Assembly: GCA_963777955.1 (NCBI GenBank)
Contig: CAVZSQ010000013.1
Location: 32,001 to 96,000 of the forward strand
Length of the DNA: 64,000 nt
Direction: 5' to 3'
From: Calditrichia bacterium
GTDB lineage: Bacteria; Calditrichota; Calditrichia; JAJRVZ01
In this document: positions 63,936 through 64,000 of the stretch, piece by piece
Layout: each line of letters starts with the position of its first letter
Position numbering within the stretch: the first letter of the stretch is position 1
Program-made: the position numbers and the translations under genes
Notes under the pieces: generated by a model
What the model saw: the letters and a program-made list of their open reading frames with translations, nothing else
Told to the model about the DNA's origin: nothing
Databases searched by the model: none

Positions 63936-64000
63936 GTCTAACACCGATGAATAGTGGGCGCCAAGCCAACCAGCATGAAATGCTAAAATGTGCTATATGG
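63936..64000 (+). repeat. attC-like site 3 (truncated by the window end)
   Basis: Canonical inverse core GTCTAAC. gcatgaaatgctaaaatgtgctatatgg matches site 1 at 23 of 28 positions. Confidence 0.6.

Noticed and set aside
57144..64000. Intact prophage or complete integron
   Set aside because: No integrase, intI, terminase, capsid or replication gene is visible in the window. Only the junction, xis-like gene and attC-like sites are supported.

Overview
Chromosomal window from a diderm bacterium of roughly mid-range GC. T9SS-like C-terminal sorting domains and a TonB receptor/PorV cassette suggest a Calditrichota/KSB1/Ignavibacteria-like lineage (inference). About a dozen unrelated genes are split by single-base indels or short stutters, which looks like uncorrected long-read error rather than decay. 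Contents in order: (1) dinG (5'-truncated), hutH, guaB, uvrC. (2) A ~15 kb peptide-utilisation locus: RpiR regulator, M20 peptidase, lipoprotein cyanophycinase, YfcC transporter, T9SS-type protein, TonB-dependent receptor, large surface protein, PorV-like protein, plus a convergent M14 peptidase and an OSBS/N-acylamino-acid racemase. (3) A three-gene module of pseudo-receiver/DUF4388 proteins and degenerate MglA/CvnD-like GTPase domains. (4) Housekeeping genes: TrmH family, rlmD, purL, thpR, era, pcm, nfi, der and others. (5) hypD with its activase. (6) An LPP20/TPR-SLH/FlgT-N/CsgG/FecR envelope operon. (7) tRNA-Gly(CCC), whose 5' flank has att-like arm/IHF signatures followed by an excisionase-like gene and an AT-rich island. 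(8) At the far end, an integron-like array of degenerate attC sites with gene cassettes. No CRISPR array, rRNA or integrase was seen.
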